NCBI GenBank assembly: GCA_907165135.1
Contig: OU015569.1
Span: forward strand, 4,898,001-4,962,000
From: Oikopleura dioica
Taxonomy: Eukaryota > Animalia > Chordata
Length of the DNA stretch: 64,000 bases
Reading direction: 5' to 3'
Under the pieces are notes generated by a model that saw only the letters and a program-made list of their open reading frames with translations, searched no databases and was not told the DNA's origin. How positions within the stretch are numbered: position 1 is the first letter of the stretch; each line of letters opens with the position of its first letter. The position numbers and the translations under genes are program-made. Below, in pieces: positions 57,976-64,000 of the stretch.

Positions 57976-59605
57976 TTAAGCCGCGGAAAGCGCGGCTGTT
58001 CTTTGGTGTTTGCTCGAAGCCGCAAGTGGCCTCTCGATTTTCGAATAAAAAATGTTTGGTGATTATCTAACGGGAAATTTCTAAAAGGAAGAGCCCCTTA
58101 GGATGGCTTGATTGTTGCGTTAAATTGCGCGAAAGAGTTAAGGGTCGAACGGGCGCAGAGCGGCGGTCCCAAATCCGATCCAGCCAAAATCCGGACATTG
58201 GAAAATCCAGCGCAGCTCTTTATCAGCCGCGCTTATCAGTACACCCGCTGATTCACTGCTTTTCTTATCCGTTGTGTACCCAAACACTCAATCCGAAAGC
58301 CAGGGGCATCTCTCTCCAGTTTTTGGACGGCCAACACGTCACTGGGAAGAAAATTAAACTTCAAATCTTACACTATTGATATTTACGTATATGCGTTTAT
58401 TCTTTAGTTGCTATAGCAAATAATACGTATGTGAGTACGTTCGATTAAATCTCTAATGCAAAATATTCGCGTGAGAAGGAAAAATGTTTTGCTCAAAAAC
58501 AGGAATCAAAAAGGACTAATTTCTAACGACGTAAGATTGAAATTAACCGCAAGCTCTTTTTTGAAAATGAGCAGATGATGTTCAAATCAGGTTCAGGCGC
58601 ATCTGCCCGGAATGGCTGCTGAGGTCGAAACAAATATTTAAAATCACATAGCTTTTTATAATTCGAATGCCTTTTCTTTTTAATTATTTTCTGAAGAAGT
58701 TTCATTCGATCACTTTAGTTATTTTTAAAAATGGAATTCGAGCTCTCCGAAATTTTGGAGATGAGAAATGAACTCTGATTAAATCTCATTTATTCTGAAA
58801 AATATGATGATGTTTGAAAACCTTTTGAAAAGGACAAAATTCAGCGTTAGCGAGAATAACAAAAGTCACCGAATAAATTGCCAAAAGACGAGATAAATCG
58901 CCAAAGAATAGTCACTTTTTCGAATTCGGCGAAAAGGAGGATTAGTTGAACTGTGTTTCGAGGAGCTAGATAATAATGATCTACGTACGCGGCATAATTG
59001 TTATTCAGGAGCCGCTTTCGATGTGGAACTTGCAGATTTGCTGCCCGTCCAAGCGCCATGCGGTGGCCCAGCCCAGCACCACCACCAGGCAGCGGGATTT
59101 AAACTTAGCTACTAGATCATCCTCTCCACTAGCACTTATGACCTAATTTAATTCCACCCTCTACGTCTTCCAACATGCTCATTTTCTAGCTTCACTCAGC
59201 GTTTTCAGCTTAACCCCTTTTTCCGAAAATTCCCGTCGAATTCAATTCAAACCACTGGTTGAGCCCAATAATCAATAAGCGAAAAATGTTGTCATTTTTT
59301 AGTTAATAGACATAGTTCAATTCAGTCGCCTCCAAACTTTCGAAAAAATATCTTTTTGTAAAGACGAAAGTTAAAGCCTAAAGGGCTCTCTTTTATTCTA
59401 GTTTTCTTTACAGTAATTGACAGAAAAAAACAGTAAATAAGAAGAAGGAGTTATGTCATCAGTTTTGGACTTAAATCGTGTCTGGAAGGTGAGCTGTTTA
59501 ATCTCTAAGCCATCTGGATTGGGGCAGATTGGTAGGCTCGCCAGTAGAACGTTGTAATTGGAGCATAACTAGTTGTAGCCGTAGTCGTATTTTGAGTGTT
59601 AGAGC

Positions 59606-60042
59606 CAGGGCGGTCTAATTTGCATTCTTGTAAATAGTCTTTTTTCCGAAGACTATTCATTTATTCTTATAAGATTAATCTCGACGCGAGATTAGTCTGT
59701 TTGAATAAAAAAGATTAATTCGGGAAATTTTCGAAATAGTTCCGAGATTATTTCAAATAATCTTGAAACGCGCGCTGTGATTGGTGGACCAATGGCCGAC
59801 GGCGCGAGAGAAAAATGAAAAAACATGCTTGGAGCGCAGCTTGAAATTTTGTCCGCGCCGCCTCGCACTGCTCACAGCTCGCCAGCGCCACCCAAATTTT
59901 TCCCCCGAGCCACGCGACCCTCGCTAAAAAGATTAATCTCGAAACTAGTCCAGTCTTGACTAATCTCAGAATCTTTTTCCAAAGAAGATTAATCTCGCAA
60001 ATTTTCGAGATTATTTACAAGAATGCAAATTAGACCGCCCTG
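59606..60042. mobile_element. 437-bp hAT MITE
   Basis: 8-bp TSD GTTAGAGC (59598-59605 and 60043-60050); perfect 31-bp TIR CAGGGCGGTCTAATTTGCATTCTTGTAAATA; several subterminal AGATTAATCTC-like repeats. Confidence 0.92.
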
Positions 60043-60490
60043 GTTAGAGCTTCGGCGTACGTGGAATGAAAACGCATTTAACGAAACAATCCAGACCACA
60101 ACGATGTTACGCTCTGTTCACTCTCCCTTCTTACACAAACTTTACAAAAGCGAGTATTTACTTTTCTAAATGCTTAGATAAGCCGCACAATTACAGCTCT
60201 CATCCAGCCTTAAAACAACCTATCGAAGCATAAGAATTCAAAGACAAAGATCCCTTTCCGCGATTTTAGTAGCTTCCTCATTCATTTGAAGGTACTAACT
60301 CATTTTGATGCATTTTTGTAAAGCCTCGTTTTCGGAAAATCGGCTTTAAAATAGAACACGACCGTGTCATTTGTAAATGGAGAATTAAACCACAACCAGT
60401 ATTGAAACAACCGGATGCTAAAGCTAATTTGTTAATAACTGGTCTGGCCTTCAAAAATGTAGGGACACGTAAACCGATCCCCATTGACAG

Positions 60491-63400
60491 TACGCCCAGT
60501 CAAAACTGCGGCAGACCTCGTTCAATCCTTCGCATCAGCTGCACCATCAACCGACGCACAACAGTCAGCGCATGTTCCAACAGGTACAATTTCCAAACTA
60601 CGAAGATTTTTGACTTGGTTTATTTTCGAAATTTAGGATGCGTCGCCGCCGCCCCGCGAAGTCGACTCCTTGCGAGTTAATCAATTGTCGGATGAGCAGT
60701 ACGATACGTTGGGGCGAAGTGATCCACTCCTCTTCGACAGGTGAGCGGCGCCTTAATTAAGGGCCGCAAACACGCTTTCTGCGTTATTATTAGCTTATTG
60801 TTTTGACAAAGACGCAGTCCAGTTTCGAGTGAGCTTCAAACTTTGAGTTGAGCTTTTCGTTGAGCTCAAGCCCTACTTTTTGTGTAAAAGAATAAAAAAA
60901 GCTTTTTATTTTGCCTCCACGATGTCGTTATTAAAGATCATAAAAGTACCTGTTGGCGAGTAAAACGTAACGTTTTTTTTGAAGCTGTATTTTGGGCTGA
61001 GATCGTGTCGATCTCGTTTGTTCATGTTTCCGTCTTCAAGCGGTGTAAACACGCGCGCTTCAATAAAAAAGACAAAAATTAACCTGTTTTGGCCAAAACG
61101 GCCCAGACGTGGCCACAAAGGAAAAAACGGCGTCAAGCACACACGATTCTAACAGAGCATCTAACTTATTTGATATATAGCACCACTTTTTTTATCAAAA
61201 AGAAACTTGTCTTTTACCAAATTCTTTTTTTTTCATCAAAGTCGTTTCCCCTAATATTTAATCATACCATGGGCCCAACAATAATTGCTCCTATTTCTTT
61301 TAAAATTCGAAAAAAGACTAGTCTTCGTTACGTAAGAGTAGAACTTGCTACGCCGGGAATCCAAAATAAACGTGTTTTTCATGGTACTCTCGGCTTTAGT
61401 TCCTCATCAGTGTTTTATGGGGATAACACGTGTACCAGTTGATAGAGTTAAAAGGGCGCGCGTCATACTTTTATAAATTTCATAAAATTGTAAAATAAAT
61501 TCAGCTCGCTTCTCCAACAACATCAACAGGCCCAGTCTCAATTTCATCTTCACTCCAACACCGGCATCTACGAGCACGAAGCTAACCCCAACAATTGGGG
61601 CACATTCACGAGCCAGGTAATCACTCAACACTTCGCAAAAAAGTGTCAACTGTTGAACTTTAAGTTATTATTTTATTTGCAGACTTTATTAGCGGAACTG
61701 TACGATATAGATTAATAGATGTATCTGATGTGTATCTGATGCGTGTCTTTTAAGCTGGAAGGTGTCGAAGTTCCACTTGGTGAACGGCTGGCGGAGCTGT
61801 CTAAGCCGGATGCCTGCGACATATCGGTAAATGCTTAAATTCGTCCTTACTAATATGATAGTGAAGGGTTTAGCCGCTTTTATCACTGCTGCGCTCCCAA
61901 AGAATTCACAGATAGGCAACCCCACGCTCAACTAAGTCTAAAACAAAAGAACACGTTCTTTATAATAAAAAATATCAAATAAGATATAAATCTAGCTTAG
62001 AAAATCGTATTTGGCGGGGCAGTCTTAAAAAGCATCAGTCTGAAGTTCCATAATTGGGAATGAAAATAAAGGCTAACTTAGCGGTAAAGTGAGACAATGA
62101 TTATGGCAATCTTTGAAAGGGTATTATCGTCAATAATCTGCAGCCGATTTAGCTCTGTTTGTTTTGAACTATTTTGTTCACAAAAACACTTTGTCTGATT
62201 ACATTGATCAGGCGTTAACGAAGTCGTTGTTGTCAATTATAAAGTAATTGCTGTTCATTTGATTTATTAAAGTGTCACGTTGAAAATACGCATTATTACT
62301 GAGCCTGCTAAATTTCCGCCGCCAAAAACAGGAAAACACGATTTCGCCTGTTTCAAGAATAAACAGCATTTTTAGAAAATCAAAGAAAAAGCGCTGTTTG
62401 GAAATAACAGAAATTGGCCACAACTTGACTTGCTTAGTTGAAAAAAGCTAGAAATGAGAAAGTAGCGTATTCGGGAATTAGGTTAGCGCGCGCCTTCTTC
62501 TTTTAATTATGCGTCGGTCCAATTTAAATGTAGACAAAGGATGTGTTATACGCCCTGCATTTTTTGGGGAATCGTGAATTCTAGCACTTAGTCGCAATTC
62601 TCGCTTCTGCGCCTTCGAGGAAACGCAGCAGCGATAAACTGCTCACGTGGTCACGTTACTCCTAGTGAATTTATTTTTCTCCTCAGCCTATTACTCAAGC
62701 AAACGAACCCAGCCACGTGCGGAAATGAAAACCACCCCGCACTTATCCCATAATAAATACTCAACAGCTCAAACCAACTTCAACAGTCTTCTTTAATAAG
62801 TTTAAATAAAAGAAAGAGCAAGAACCTTGTCGAATCCACTGACTTTTCCCTAAAACAGTCAAGTCCTTTTTTATCAAACCAAAAAGAAGCTGCACACTTA
62901 TCTGGTTCCTCTAAAAACCCAAATCTAAAATTTCTAAAAAATAAACAAAACGAATAAGACCAAAGACTTTTCAAAGCGGCTTCGTTTTTAAAAAGCCCAT
63001 ACACGGCTTTTCATTGAAGCTCTTTGAGATCCTGACTCAGGTTTTCGAAACAGGTTACCGAGCTCATGCTTTTATCGTCTTATTTTCTGGTGATCTAGAT
63101 ATTTGTCTGAAAATAGTTAAATTCTTTAAAAGATGCGTTTTTCAAATTCAACATGCTACAAACTTGTGGGAAAAAGTAATTGTTTTCTGCATTTATATTT
63201 TGAAAAAGTGCAGCTTTTTTTAAAACCAGCTTTTTTTATGTCTTCATTTCAATTTTAAAGGTGCTCGGCGGTTGTTTGTAAACAGCGCGCGTGTAGTACT
63301 ACAGTTAGCGTGAAAATATCTAAATGAAGAAAATATTTTCGCCTTGTGGTCGTTTCAATAGAAAGGTTGAGATGAAATAATTTCGGCTTCTATCAATCAC

Positions 63401-63676
63401 GGGGGCGTCCTGCGAACTCGCCCTGCGTCTAGGAATGTTCGTTATTTTAATTTTCAAGATTCACTCAACTTCGCCGCCTGCTGCATTTATTTTTTCATAT
63501 TTTAAAAATGGTTTCAAGGCGAAAGTTCAACAAGGCATTGAATTACGAGAGGGCGTGTAAACAATTTAGGAGCTTCTGGAAAATGATAAGATAAAATTTC
63601 AGTTCACGTTTCAGGTGCAGTTGGAGTACGACTATCCGCCGGATTACGCGCCCCTCGACGATCATCCGCATCAAAG
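60491..63676 (+). CDS. Internal exons of a Gln/His/Pro-rich protein (regulatory-type low complexity), extending beyond the window
   Basis: Five GT-AG exons (60491-60583, 60637-60740, 61505-61616, 61755-61826, 63615-63676) join with matching phases and no stops: ...SHQLHHQPTHNSQRMFQQ|DASPPPRE...|SLLQQHQQAQSQFHLH...|LEGVEVP...|VQLEYDYPPDYAPLDDHPHQ. Confidence 0.65.
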
Positions 63677-63791
63677 GTAACTCCACAAAACGCAAATCCG
63701 TCCTGACGTGATTGCTTCTTTTCAAATTCCCTTTTCCTGGTATCTCAAATTTCAAACTATCAAAAATTTCAACTTGCATTCAAAATCACTT

Positions 63792-63971
63792 CTCCGGCAG
63801 CCTGTGTTCAAAACCTGAGCAGATGTTTGAAAGATCTTTGATGAAAAGCTTCGAAGCGTTATCAATTCTTACGAAGTCACTTTGCGGCTTCATTTCTTAA
63901 AAAGCCGCTACGCGGCTTTTCATTCTCGCTCCTTCAGAACCTGACTCAGATTTTCTGTACAGGTTGCCGAG
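63792..63971. repeat. 180-bp member of the dispersed CTCGGCAACCTGTG TIR family with internal hairpin
   Basis: Left CTCCGGCAGCCTGTG..AAACCTGAG; right CCTGACTCAG..ACAGGTTGCCGAG; internal hairpin AAAAGCCGC-TAC-GCGGCTTTT. Confidence 0.6.
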
Positions 63972-64000
63972 TCCAGAACACAGGTCTACTAATGTAGTTG

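Noticed and set aside
1-64000. CRISPR array, rRNA, SL RNA/5S gene, autonomous transposase or reverse transcriptase
   Set aside because: No repeat-spacer array or recognisable motifs for any of these were seen on either strand.

Overview
Compact eukaryotic genomic DNA. The 45-60 nt introns, frequent GA-AG/GC-AG/GG-AG splice sites and splice-acceptor-like AG just before many start codons point to a larvacean tunicate such as Oikopleura (inference, not verified). Bases 1-35.3 kb are a dense, almost all plus-strand run of housekeeping genes: DNAH10 3' end, MPG-like, UBTD, CTSB (minus), EMC6, USP14, SAC1, HSBP1, CFAP119, TBC1D20, WDR45B, POLE2, DOLPP1, NSF. Bases 35.3-64 kb are gene-poorer and repeat-rich, with a UBX gene, a U1 snRNA + tRNA-Ser(AGA) pair between long inverted repeats, a chymotrypsin-family protease, and a Q/H-rich multi-exon gene. 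The main signal is intron birth from DNA transposons. Two hAT-type non-autonomous elements with perfect 8-bp target duplications sit inside coding exons (SAC1 and the protease signal peptide), and each can be spliced out in frame. A decayed third case is in POLE2, and an intact non-exonic relative lies at 59.6 kb. Separately, most short non-GT introns carry 7-9 bp inverted repeats just inside their ends. No transposase, rRNA or CRISPR array was found. All splice models were derived by eye from frame and remembered homology; none is confirmed by transcripts.
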